From the sequence record MN080711.1: DNA of 40,050 nt; one strand, given 5' to 3'. How positions within the stretch are numbered: the first letter of the stretch is position 1; the number at the start of each line of letters is the position of its first letter. The stretch is from Escherichia phage vB_Eco_D226. Under the pieces are notes generated by a model. That model saw nothing but the letters and a program-made list of their open reading frames with translations, did no database searches and was not told where the DNA came from. Made by a program: the position numbers and the translations under genes. Shown here one piece after another: positions 9,961 to 18,790 of the stretch.

Positions 9961-12240
9961 TTAGTCTTTACCAGTTAGCGTATCCAGAATACCTTTACCA
10001 CTTACCGAATCGTACATGCTACCAGAACGCTTAGGTTTCTTGGCTTCACGTTCACGCTTACGGTTCATAGCTCGTGTATGAAGGGTTCGCTTGTTGGCAT
10101 CTTTGAGTGCCTTGTCTCGTGCTTCCGCATCCAACTTGGCCTGATTCTCTTGATACATCTTAGAGAGCAACTTCTTGTCATACCGAATGTTAACCTGTCC
10201 GGTTGTATCCATCAGGTAGATAGAGTCACCACGCTCGAACACAGTGAGTTGCTTGTTAGTCACCCAAGGGTTAGTCTCAGCGAGTTTCTTAGCGGCTGTG
10301 TCGATAATGTCCTTACCTTGTTTCCAAGAGTCCGGGTCATCAGTCACACGCAAAGAGTTTCTCGTCAAGACACCAATGGTATCACCATCAACGTCATCAG
10401 CAGTGAGAGTCGTTGTGTTCTCTTTGAGATACTTATCGACCTGTTGCATTGCCGAATCAGCGTTACCTGTGCGGTACTTAACGGAGTCATAAATCTTACG
10501 AGCACCTGCATCCAATGTAGCTGGCATACGGGACAGTTCAGGAGACTGTGAGTTGTTCTTCAGGGAAGTCCACGCCTTGTCATCCTCGTACTGCATCTCT
10601 TTGGTAAGAGACTTACGAGCCTTATCCGCATCTAAGAGAATCTGCGGGTCAATCCCTTGGTTGTCCATCATGTCCATAGTGAGGAACATCTCGGCCTTAT
10701 CAGGATACAGCGCAGCGAACAACTCAGGGTCAGCATTACGAACACGTCGCAGGGCATTAAGAGCCACACCACCATCTTCTGGCATCTTCCCGTTAATCAC
10801 AGCGGACGTCCATTCCTTCTCAGCGTCACCAATCAGTTCACCAACCGCAGTACGGAAAGCACCCTTCTCGGAGTCAGCCTTGAGGTAGTCCAACTTCATG
10901 CGGTCCTTCTGTGCATCAGGGATGCCCATAGCGTCAATGTCAGCCAGCTTCTTGTTCGCATAGTTAACCATGTCACTATGGGTGAACTCACCAGTGTTCT
11001 CGTTGGTAGGCATATCGCCATACGCAGTAGACACATACTGACCATTGAGCCGCTTCTGGAACTGTGCGTCAATGACGCTCATCTTGTTCATCGACTTCTG
11101 TTGCTTGTCCATCTGCTTGGCTAACTCAGCGGTCTCCCGCTTCATCCTGTCCTGCATCTGCGTCTGTGCATTGATTAACGCCTGACGTTCAGGTGTCATC
11201 TCTTCGCCCGGTTGTAGTGTGTCCAGTTCAGCCTTGATGGATTGCAACTGTTCCCAGCCAGTGTTCACGTTCTCTTGGTTCAACGCAGAGTTCACATTAA
11301 GTTGGAACGCCTCGGTCTTCTTGGCATTCAACTGGAACTCATTATGTTGAGCCTTGACCATCAAGTTGTTCCACTGTTCGGCACCCATCAGTTCCTTGAA
11401 GGTAGTCTCCTTGCCATGAAGTTTGACCTTACGGTTCTCAATCTGTTGCAGGAACTGACCACCTCCCTCACGGTTAACCACGTCAGAGAGACCTTGGCTA
11501 ATCATGGTGAACGCTTGGTCATCACTGGGGATGCTTCCTGTAGTCAATCCGGCACTGAAGTAGTTCTCAAAGAACTCACCAGCATACGGAGAACGTAGGG
11601 TTTCCGGGTCGTTCAACACAGAGTTCAACTCTACGCGACTGTTGATGACAGCACCCTTCTTAGCTTGGTCACTCAGGAAGTTATCGTGTGCACCATAGAG
11701 AGCAATGTTACGCTCGGTGATGTCGGAGTTGAAACCCTTCTGATAGTGCTCATCAGTCTCGTCGATACCAAACTGTTCTGCATAGTTCTTAGCGGCTTCT
11801 TGCAGTCGGCTATGACGGAACTCTTCCAACTCCTGACGAGTACGGAACTCACCGTTCTTAACCTTCTGTGCCACTTCGTCATCTACGAGATACGCAGCGT
11901 TACGACCAGTCTTAACCTTGAGCGCTTCCATTGCGTATGGGTCATCCTGATATAACAGGGTTCCATTCTTAATGGCCTCGCGGCGTTGTTCTGGAGTCAG
12001 CTTACGAATAATCTCGTTAGAGCGTTCGTCTGCCTTGTCCTTCTGGTGCTGGTCATACTTCATATAGGCATCCGCACCCATCTCAGCAAGTTTACCTACA
12101 GTACCAATCAGTGCGGACTTCTTGGCATAGCTAGGGTCTTCATAGACAGTCGCAGCCTTAACGTCCACACGACCAGTACCACGGAGTCGGCTTGCAGCAG
12201 GAGCACCCATGTTACCTAATGCTTGTGCTAACTTACTCAT
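9961..12240 (-). CDS. 15: Internal virion protein C (gp15)
   Basis: 759 aa from MSKLAQAL with GGAGG 8 nt upstream; extensive similarity to T7 gp15 (DERSNEIIRKLTPEQRREA..NGTLLYQDDPYAMEAL.VKTGRNAAYLVDD). Confidence 0.92.
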   Translation of the reverse strand: MSKLAQALGNMGAPAASRLRGTGRVDVKAATVYEDPSYAKKSALIGTVGKLAEMGADAYMKYDQHQKDKADERSNEIIRKLTPEQRREAIKNGTLLYQDDPYAMEALKVKTGRNAAYLVDDEVAQKVKNGEFRTRQELEEFRHSRLQEAAKNYAEQFGIDETDEHYQKGFNSDITERNIALYGAHDNFLSDQAKKGAVINSRVELNSVLNDPETLRSPYAGEFFENYFSAGLTTGSIPSDDQAFTMISQGLSDVVNREGGGQFLQQIENRKVKLHGKETTFKELMGAEQWNNLMVKAQHNEFQLNAKKTEAFQLNVNSALNQENVNTGWEQLQSIKAELDTLQPGEEMTPERQALINAQTQMQDRMKRETAELAKQMDKQQKSMNKMSVIDAQFQKRLNGQYVSTAYGDMPTNENTGEFTHSDMVNYANKKLADIDAMGIPDAQKDRMKLDYLKADSEKGAFRTAVGELIGDAEKEWTSAVINGKMPEDGGVALNALRRVRNADPELFAALYPDKAEMFLTMDMMDNQGIDPQILLDADKARKSLTKEMQYEDDKAWTSLKNNSQSPELSRMPATLDAGARKIYDSVKYRTGNADSAMQQVDKYLKENTTTLTADDVDGDTIGVLTRNSLRVTDDPDSWKQGKDIIDTAAKKLAETNPWVTNKQLTVFERGDSIYLMDTTGQVNIRYDKKLLSKMYQENQAKLDAEARDKALKDANKRTLHTRAMNRKREREAKKPKRSGSMYDSVSGKGILDTLTGKD

Positions 12241-12257
12241 ATAGTTACCTCCTGTGT

Positions 12258-12863
12258 TCACTTGCCTTGTCCGGTAGACTTAGCATCCGAAGCCTTAACT
12301 TTAGCAGCCGCCTTCTTGCCCATCTTGTTAGTCAGAGGGCTACCAGCAGTTGCCACATCGACCAGCTTCGTTAAGCCTAATCCTAATGGGTCGATGATTT
12401 GTTCCAGCTTGCCTTTCAGACGAGGCTCGGACTTGTTTATTTCATTAATCTGACTTACCGTGTTCTCTCGGTTGGCAATACGCTTCCCTAAGATGACACT
12501 GTAGTCACGTTGGTAGTTCTCAGTGAGACCTTGAGACTCTCGAAGGAAGTCACCCTCGGTCACGCGCTGTACGCGGTCCATAGAGTTACCTTCAAGCATC
12601 CCTTCACCGATTGCCGCACGGATAGTCCCCATGTTTCTCACACGGTTCATATTCGATTGGGTCATCTCCTGTACAGTGGAGTCAATGAGGTCACGAGATT
12701 CTAACTTAAGGTTAGCCTCGTTGTAGTTCATCTCCTTTACCATCTGCCAGCTTTGACGACGACCTTGGTCAATCTGTGCGGCCTTTGCCTGTTCACCCTG
12801 CATACCTCCCATAATCATGGAAGCGCCTTGCATAGCGATAGGGATTGCAGCCATCCAGCACAT
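12258..12863 (-). CDS. 14: Internal virion protein B (gp14)
   Basis: 201 aa; MCW.AAIPIA ... IRAAIGE.MLEG.SMDR..RVTEG matches T7 gp14. Confidence 0.9.
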   Translation of the reverse strand: MCWMAAIPIAMQGASMIMGGMQGEQAKAAQIDQGRRQSWQMVKEMNYNEANLKLESRDLIDSTVQEMTQSNMNRVRNMGTIRAAIGEGMLEGNSMDRVQRVTEGDFLRESQGLTENYQRDYSVILGKRIANRENTVSQINEINKSEPRLKGKLEQIIDPLGLGLTKLVDVATAGSPLTNKMGKKAAAKVKASDAKSTGQGK

Positions 12864-12865
12864 AG

Positions 12866-13279
12866 TTAACCTCCTATTGTGAATAGTTGGAATTGATTAC
12901 TGTCGCCAGTAAACTCATTATGGAACACCGCACCGATGGACTTCAAGAACCTAATGTGGGACTTGTTGCCTATCCAGACATAGTTCCAGATTATTGGATA
13001 CTGTTTTAGCATCGTATCGCGGTACTCTAGAATGAGCTTGCGGAACTCTCTTCTGGTCTTCACACTCAGTTTCCACACACGGGCAGACGTTACGAACCAC
13101 ACTTGGTCTCCACGGTTCCCTCCAATTGCCACAGGCATCCCATGAAGAGACATGGTGACACACTCAGAGGCTGGTGGAAATGAAGGTTCAATGCCATAGG
13201 CTTTTGCCTCAGCGATGTCTTCAGGTGACGGTGTGAATCTCTCGAAGTCTGATTCTTTGGTAGGTCTGATTATTAACAT
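12866..13279 (-). CDS. 13: Internal virion protein A (gp13)
   Basis: 137 aa between phi13 and gene 14; assigned by synteny and size. Confidence 0.75.
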   Translation of the reverse strand: MLIIRPTKESDFERFTPSPEDIAEAKAYGIEPSFPPASECVTMSLHGMPVAIGGNRGDQVWFVTSARVWKLSVKTRREFRKLILEYRDTMLKQYPIIWNYVWIGNKSHIRFLKSIGAVFHNEFTGDSNQFQLFTIGG

Positions 13280-13307
13280 AGAGTTTATCTCCTATAGTAT
13301 AAAACCC

Positions 13308-13330
13308 CTTCCCAATAGTGAGTCGTATTG
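13308..13330 (-). promoter_or_regulatory. Phage RNAP promoter phi13
   Basis: Reverse strand CAATACGACTCACTATTGGGAAG. Confidence 0.8.
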
Positions 13331-13358
13331 TTCACTAAATGAGTCGGGGTGTTTATGA

Positions 13359-15734
13359 TTAGATACCAGAAGAACGACGCAGGTAGTTACCTTCCCAGCC
13401 ACAACCAATCACGTTAAGTGGCGTAGTGTGGTCAGAGGTGATACGGACAATGTTCAACTGCGCGTTGCCCGATACCGGGAACCTGAATTGACCTGTGCCT
13501 AGGTTTAATGCCCCAACTCTAAGAGCATTTGAGCCTAGCCGGGCACCTGCCATATTGTATCTGAACAACCTTGACGTGTTCTCGACCTCAATATCGAATG
13601 CACCAGAGTTCTCATAGTTTAGCCAAGCACGCCGAAGCTGCAATCGGCCTATGTCCTCGGTTGCTGTAGACCCATCGTCAGCGGCCTTCTTGATGAGGAA
13701 TTTAGAGAAGACGTACCGGAAGTTAATATTGAACCCTATGAATATTCTAGCACCCTCCTTGTTCCCATTTAGATACAGTTCAGGACTAACATACCAACCT
13801 TCAGGTGGCTCTTCAAATGTCTCAACCCTACCATCCATCTCAACAATAGAAATGTTTCCCTTCTGGAACCCCATTTTGTACACATCCCACAGATGTACCC
13901 GTGTCTTGTATGTGTCATCATTATAAGCACCAGAAGGTATTACATATTGTGTCTTGTTGTCCAGATAGATACGGTAAGGTTCGTCAGGGAAGTCCACAGA
14001 GTCTTTGGTGAACATAGCCTTAGCCAGCCAGATTTGTGAGGCATTCTCCAGAAGAAGGTACATAATTGACCCGATAGAGTCACATGCTCTAACCTTAACG
14101 TTCTCCCCAAGTTCCCAATGAGACCACGACTGTTGCGCAATCTCTTCGTTGAGGTATAGGAACTTGTATATGAACACCTTGCTCGGAGCGTTAGCAGATA
14201 GAACGGACACGAAGTTCTCAGTACCGGAACCACGAATGGAGAACACACCGTTAGGGATGTAACTCGGAACGTGAGCACTCATGTCCTCCGCAGACTTCAC
14301 GGAGCTAACATCCTGTACCGCATAGTAACGGTTGAGTGACGTATAGGAGGCACGAGGTGACGCAAAGTAAACACCACGCCCAATCCCATAAGGTCTCGCT
14401 CGGTCTGACACATCGAACTCGGTCGTAAGGTTCAACTCTACAGTCTTCGGTGAGAGGATACCGGAAGCAGACAACACGAACTGTGCTTGGTCTGACCATA
14501 GGAGTAACTCTTCAGAGAACGGCACAGCGTACTTCAGCAGTGAGATTCTGTTGTGAGAGACAGCCACGTCAATCGGGTCATCGTCTGATAGGTTAGCTAC
14601 GGAGGCCGGGAACAGGTTGAAATACTTCGAGGTACGGGACATCACAATGTTCTCACCAGCGAGGAAGCCTAAGCGGTTCCTGAAGAAGAACACATCGTTG
14701 ATTGTCTGACCTACCAGTGAAGGGTCGGGGTTAGTATCCATGTCACCACACTTACGGTCTTCCCAAGGTAGAACCTCAAGAGAGAACGAACCGTCTGGTT
14801 TACGAATCAGAGCGTGTGGCATCGAAGCCCTGTTAAGTCCAGACTGCACGTTCCACCCAACTACCTCCTTCCACACCTTACGTTCTGCATCATACTGAAC
14901 ATAGAAGGCATCAGAGGTCTTGGACGTATCACCAACTATCTGTACAGTGTATCCATGCGGAGCCTCAAGTGGTAACTTAGAGAATGACTGTGCCGTGTGT
15001 ACCACAGCGTTCATTAGTTGGTTTCCATACCCGTCCTTAGTCATCACTGTATCTACCTGATTACCTCCAGTGCTCTTAATGTGAATATATCCCTGTCCGA
15101 CTTCGATTGCCCACCCATATTGCGATAGGCTCTCTCTCAGTTTAGTGGCTAACTGTTCAGCAATCCATTGAGCATCGGTCTGGTTCACATGTTCGGGGGT
15201 GCTACCATCCGCAATAGTAAGTGATGCGTGTACACCGCCATTAATGCCAATCTGGAAGGTTCTCCCATACTGACCGCCACGGATGTTAATCAGGCAGTCA
15301 CCCTTGGGGTTCAGGGGGTATACTGGAATTGTGTTCGCAGATACTGTCCAATTCCGGTTAACGATGAACGTATAGTCTGCTACAGTAACCATACGGAGGT
15401 CATCTCGTGGATTTGGAGTACCAACGTAGGTCATATCACCAGTAACTTTATACTCTTTACCATCAAGGTCGAACACGCGGATAGTACCACCAGTGAACAC
15501 CACATAGTAACGCTCACGCTCATCTCGGTTAATCAAGTGAACGAGAGGGTTCGCCCCTAGACCACCAGCATCGCTAAGGGTCTTGATGAATACAAAAGGT
15601 GGCCTCTTCTGGAGACCTTCAGTTTCAGACGACCAGCCGTTAATCTGTTCGGCACCCTGTTCGGGGAACCTTAAGATGTCTGGTTGTTGACTGATACCGC
15701 CTTTCAGGTTCTTGACGGATTGTGAAATAAGAGC
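13359..15734 (-). CDS. 12: Tail tubular protein B (gp12)
   Basis: 791 aa from MALISQSVKNLKGGISQQPDILRF (T7 gp12 begins MALISQSIKNLKGGISQQPDILRY); C-terminus NVIGCGWEGNYLRRSSGI conserved; start trimmed from the ORF track. Confidence 0.95.
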   Translation of the reverse strand, partial: ALISQSVKNLKGGISQQPDILRFPEQGAEQINGWSSETEGLQKRPPFVFIKTLSDAGGLGANPLVHLINRDERERYYVVFTGGTIRVFDLDGKEYKVTGDMTYVGTPNPRDDLRMVTVADYTFIVNRNWTVSANTIPVYPLNPKGDCLINIRGGQYGRTFQIGINGGVHASLTIADGSTPEHVNQTDAQWIAEQLATKLRESLSQYGWAIEVGQGYIHIKSTGGNQVDTVMTKDGYGNQLMNAVVHTAQSFSKLPLEAPHGYTVQIVGDTSKTSDAFYVQYDAERKVWKEVVGWNVQSGLNRASMPHALIRKPDGSFSLEVLPWEDRKCGDMDTNPDPSLVGQTINDVFFFRNRLGFLAGENIVMSRTSKYFNLFPASVANLSDDDPIDVAVSHNRISLLKYAVPFSEELLLWSDQAQFVLSASGILSPKTVELNLTTEFDVSDRARPYGIGRGVYFASPRASYTSLNRYYAVQDVSSVKSAEDMSAHVPSYIPNGVFSIRGSGTENFVSVLSANAPSKVFIYKFLYLNEEIAQQSWSHWELGENVKVRACDSIGSIMYLLLENASQIWLAKAMFTKDSVDFPDEPYRIYLDNKTQYVIPSGAYNDDTYKTRVHLWDVYKMGFQKGNISIVEMDGRVETFEEPPEGWYVSPELYLNGNKEGARIFIGFNINFRYVFSKFLIKKAADDGSTATEDIGRLQLRRAWLNYENSGAFDIEVENTSRLFRYNMAGARLGSNALRVGALNLGTGQFRFPVSGNAQLNIVRITSDHTTPLNVIGCGWEGNYLRRSSGI

Positions 15735-15762
15735 CATTAGAGACCTCCTTATGTTATTACGA

Positions 15763-16353
15763 TTAGCGAGACAGAAGACCACCAGTGAAGGCATCACCAT
15801 CAAGCATGTTGAAGTTACCGAAGTCCAGTTCATACTCGGCACATTGCATCTTCGCTTCTTGCTCTTCTTCGGATAATACAGCGTCAATCTCAGGTGCTCC
15901 AAAGAATCGGTTGTTAAACTGTCGAGCAGCCTTGGTGACAATCCAGTAGCGGAAGCATTCCGGCATCTCGTAGAACTCTCGCAGTTTGATAATTGTCACT
16001 GTGATAGGTTCCTTAAAGACATCGGTACGATTGTCCCGGTCATACACGTAACCACCACGGTTAACATAGGCAGTGGCACCGCCATCCGAGAACACAGCCA
16101 AGTAGTCAGACATATAGGGAATCAATCCGTTGAACACATCAGGGAGCAACTGTTGGCCTTCCTCAATGTTGAACGTCCAGCCCTTAGATTGAATCTGACG
16201 GTTAATCTTATTGAGGATACGCCTAGCGTTCGCTACGTCTGCGTTGGCATCACCCTCAAGGGTCGATACTGGAGGTTCACCGATAGAGGCCAAGATGTCG
16301 TTGACAGCAGCCAACTCTTCACCTGTCTCAAGCGTTGTTTCATATGAGCGCAT
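15763..16353 (-). CDS. 11: Tail tubular protein A (gp11)
   Basis: 196 aa from MRSY...; [49 protein letters not shown] matches T7 gp11. Confidence 0.95.
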   Translation of the reverse strand: MRSYETTLETGEELAAVNDILASIGEPPVSTLEGDANADVANARRILNKINRQIQSKGWTFNIEEGQQLLPDVFNGLIPYMSDYLAVFSDGGATAYVNRGGYVYDRDNRTDVFKEPITVTIIKLREFYEMPECFRYWIVTKAARQFNNRFFGAPEIDAVLSEEEQEAKMQCAEYELDFGNFNMLDGDAFTGGLLSR

Positions 16354-16382
16354 AGTTAAATGTCCTCCCATTAGTGAGTTGA

Positions 16383-16426
16383 AAAAAAAAACCCTCAAGC
16401 ACCCGCGAAGGCACCCAAGGGGTTTC
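16383..16426 (-). terminator. Tphi-like terminator for phage RNAP after the capsid gene
   Basis: Transcript reads AACCCCTTGGGTGCCTTCGCGGGTGCTTGAGGG followed by nine U; resembles T7 Tphi. Confidence 0.7.
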
Positions 16427-16435
16427 ATATAGTTA

Positions 16436-17604
16436 TCATTCAGTAGCAGCTAACTCAGCTTCCTTTAGAGCCTTGTTTGCCGCACGGGTACGGGCAGCTT
16501 TCTGTTGTGGCGTTAGCTCTTGCTCAACTTCAGTAAGGGACTCAGTGTCCCCTACTAGTTTGCGAGAAGTTAAGACTTTTTGAAAACCAGCGCACCTACA
16601 GCTTCAGGGCGAAGACCACCGTGACCCATCGCGTACTTAGCGATAATCTGGTCAGCCTGATAGTTAGCACGACGAGCACGTTCCAGAGCCATGTCTTTCA
16701 GCTTCACAGTACCAACGGCAGAGCGGTGACAGAACAGACCGACAACGGTGTCCAGAGCAACCTTAGTGTCACCAGAGGCAGTCGTAGGGAATGCGTGTTT
16801 CTGGTTGGAGGTAGACTCTTCACGGTCATCGCCAGCACCACCAGCAGTCAGGTGAGGAACTTCGATTACTTCAAAGCCCATGACGTTGCGGATAGAACCA
16901 GTAGACGGGTCAATCAGTGCCTGATAGTTAGCAGCGTTAGGCATCAGAGCAGCCAGAATCGCGGAGTAGTTATCAGGAGTGGTGTAGAAGGTACGGTCAG
17001 CAGACGGAACATAGTTCTTAGTCAGACGAGCACGAGCCAGAGTCAACTGTGCAATAATTGCCTGACCCAGCTTCACTTGGTCGCCTTGCAGGTTTTTGGC
17101 TTCGCCAACTTCCAGAACACTTGCAGTACCCAAGCCAGCGATGTTCTCGTTGCTCGCAGACGGCAGGTTACACAGTTTAGCCATTTCAGCCAGAACCGCG
17201 CCATCAGCAGCCAGAGCCAGAGACTCACCCAACTGTGCAGTGTACTCAGAACGCACGTCATAGTGGTTCATAGCGTCTTCGATGTCGTAAATCAGAACGT
17301 CAGCAGTCAGCAAACCATCAATGTTAATGGTCTTCTCAGTGTGCTTCATGTCTTTACGTTTGTCATCTAGGTTCTCACCCGGTTGTAGATAAGCAGCTTT
17401 GGTACGACCCAGCACAGGGAACTGCGCGGACTTACCGGACTGAATAGAACGCACGAGGTGTTTGTTCATAGTTACGGAAGTACGAGTAAACGCGGTCAGA
17501 ACTTCACCACCGAATACTTTCAGGAACAGAGCCAGTTTATCACCTGCGCTCATGCCTTTACCTTGGTCTTTACCAATCTGCTGTCCACCAGTCATGTTAC
17601 CCAT
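16436..17604 (-). CDS. 10B: Minor capsid protein 10B, made by -1 ribosomal frameshift near the end of 10A
   Basis: The -1 frame starting within CTG GTT TTC AAA (about 16582) reads [48 protein letters not shown]; the [22 protein letters not shown] tail matches the T7 10B C-terminus. Confidence 0.6.
16570..17604 (-). CDS. 10A: Major capsid protein 10A
   Basis: 344 aa; [17 protein letters not shown]... (T7 tag region MASMTGGQQMG) and similarity throughout. Confidence 0.97.
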   Translation of the reverse strand: MGNMTGGQQIGKDQGKGMSAGDKLALFLKVFGGEVLTAFTRTSVTMNKHLVRSIQSGKSAQFPVLGRTKAAYLQPGENLDDKRKDMKHTEKTINIDGLLTADVLIYDIEDAMNHYDVRSEYTAQLGESLALAADGAVLAEMAKLCNLPSASNENIAGLGTASVLEVGEAKNLQGDQVKLGQAIIAQLTLARARLTKNYVPSADRTFYTTPDNYSAILAALMPNAANYQALIDPSTGSIRNVMGFEVIEVPHLTAGGAGDDREESTSNQKHAFPTTASGDTKVALDTVVGLFCHRSAVGTVKLKDMALERARRANYQADQIIAKYAMGHGGLRPEAVGALVFKKS

Positions 17605-17778
17605 GTTGAATCTCCTTCTGTTGATTTATGATAAAAGTTTAAATGTGAGGTACTACTTGAAACGAGTTGGTTCTCATTGTGTATCACTCAAAGGAGCACC
17701 CATGAAACAAGCAGCGAAAGCCGGATGCCCTGTTCAGTCAATCTAAACAGGCGACCTCCAGAATCATGGTTCCATCTC

Positions 17779-17801
17779 TCTCCCAATAGTGAGTCGTATT
17801 A
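17779..17801 (-). promoter_or_regulatory. Phage RNAP promoter phi10
   Basis: Reverse strand TAATACGACTCACTATTGGGAGA, directly upstream of the capsid gene leader. Confidence 0.85.
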
Positions 17802-17803
17802 AT

Positions 17804-18715
17804 TTAGAACTGACTGTACATCATCTTGCGCTCAACTTCCGCACGGAACTTACTGTCGTGACGGTAGCGAGGGTCGGACATTGCAGCAATCATCTCAGCC
17901 TGTGACTCAAAGCCAGACTGTTTGGCACGTACAGGTGCAGCAGGTACAGCGCGTTTAGAGATACTACGGGCAGCAGGTTTACCGAAAGTCTTCGCACGGC
18001 TTGCACCAGCGAGATTGACGATAGCCTTCACTGTAGCGATGTCACGATTTTCCAGAGCACTAATCAGAGACTCGGCAGCATCAGGGTTTGATACTTCGAG
18101 GTGACTATAGATTGCTTGGAACTGTGCTTCACCACCAGCGAACTGCATGACAGACTTAACGTACTGGTCTACCAGAGCTTCCTGACCACGGATGTAGGAG
18201 TCAACGAACGACTTAGAGTAGCCAGCTTTTGCTAGTTCTTCATAAGACTGTTCTGACAGGCCATCTTCACCGTATTCCTGTTGGATTCGGACAATGGTGT
18301 CTTCTGACAGACCTCGTTCAGCCGCCTGATTAACCATCTCTTCGAAGCCAGCTTCATGCTCTTCGAGTTGACTTGAGGCTTCATTCAGTTCAGCCGGAAT
18401 GTCACCCACAGGTTCGAAACCTTCAGCGCCTTCTTCGTTGCCCTCGGAGTAGTCGATTTCCTCAACGGACTCTTCAGGTTCACCGTCAGTGCTGATGCGG
18501 ATTTCAGTACGGTCTTCTTCGCCTTCCTCACCGAAAGGGTCTGGATTACCATACGGGTCATCATTGTGCGCTAACTCGATTGCATCATCGCCATCACGGG
18601 CAGCGACATCGAGTTCAAGCATAGCCTGTTCGTGGTCAGTAGGAGTGGACCCACCGACGACCGCAGAGTTCACACCGAAAGATGCGTATACATCAGCGTT
18701 AGATTCACCAGCCAT
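17804..18715 (-). CDS. 9: Capsid assembly scaffold protein (gp9)
   Basis: 303 aa from MAGESNADVYASFGVNSAV; acidic protein matching T7 gp9 at both ends. Confidence 0.93.
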   Translation of the reverse strand: MAGESNADVYASFGVNSAVVGGSTPTDHEQAMLELDVAARDGDDAIELAHNDDPYGNPDPFGEEGEEDRTEIRISTDGEPEESVEEIDYSEGNEEGAEGFEPVGDIPAELNEASSQLEEHEAGFEEMVNQAAERGLSEDTIVRIQQEYGEDGLSEQSYEELAKAGYSKSFVDSYIRGQEALVDQYVKSVMQFAGGEAQFQAIYSHLEVSNPDAAESLISALENRDIATVKAIVNLAGASRAKTFGKPAARSISKRAVPAAPVRAKQSGFESQAEMIAAMSDPRYRHDSKFRAEVERKMMYSQF

Positions 18716-18767
18716 AATTGTAATCTCCTTCAATTAAAGTTTGAACTCAAAGGGAGGACGTAGTGTC

Positions 18768-18790
18768 TCTCCCATTAGTGAGTCGTATTA
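18768..18790 (-). promoter_or_regulatory. Phage RNAP promoter phi9
   Basis: Reverse strand TAATACGACTCACTAATGGGAGA. Confidence 0.85.

Noticed and set aside
10078-11598. Several plus-strand ORFs of 80-157 aa
   Set aside because: All lie antisense within gene 15; no independent expression signals.
12951-13163. 70-aa minus-strand ORF inside gene 13
   Set aside because: Alternate-frame ORF fully nested in gene 13 with no start signals.
15735-15941. N-terminal extension of the gene 12 ORF (13359..15941)
   Set aside because: T7 gp12 begins MALISQS, and a GGAGG RBS precedes that Met at 15734; the extension overlaps gene 11 in another frame.
16621-17370. 249-aa ORF on the plus strand
   Set aside because: Entirely antisense to the major capsid gene; no RBS or promoter; every supported gene in this genome is on the minus strand. 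Treated as a shadow ORF.
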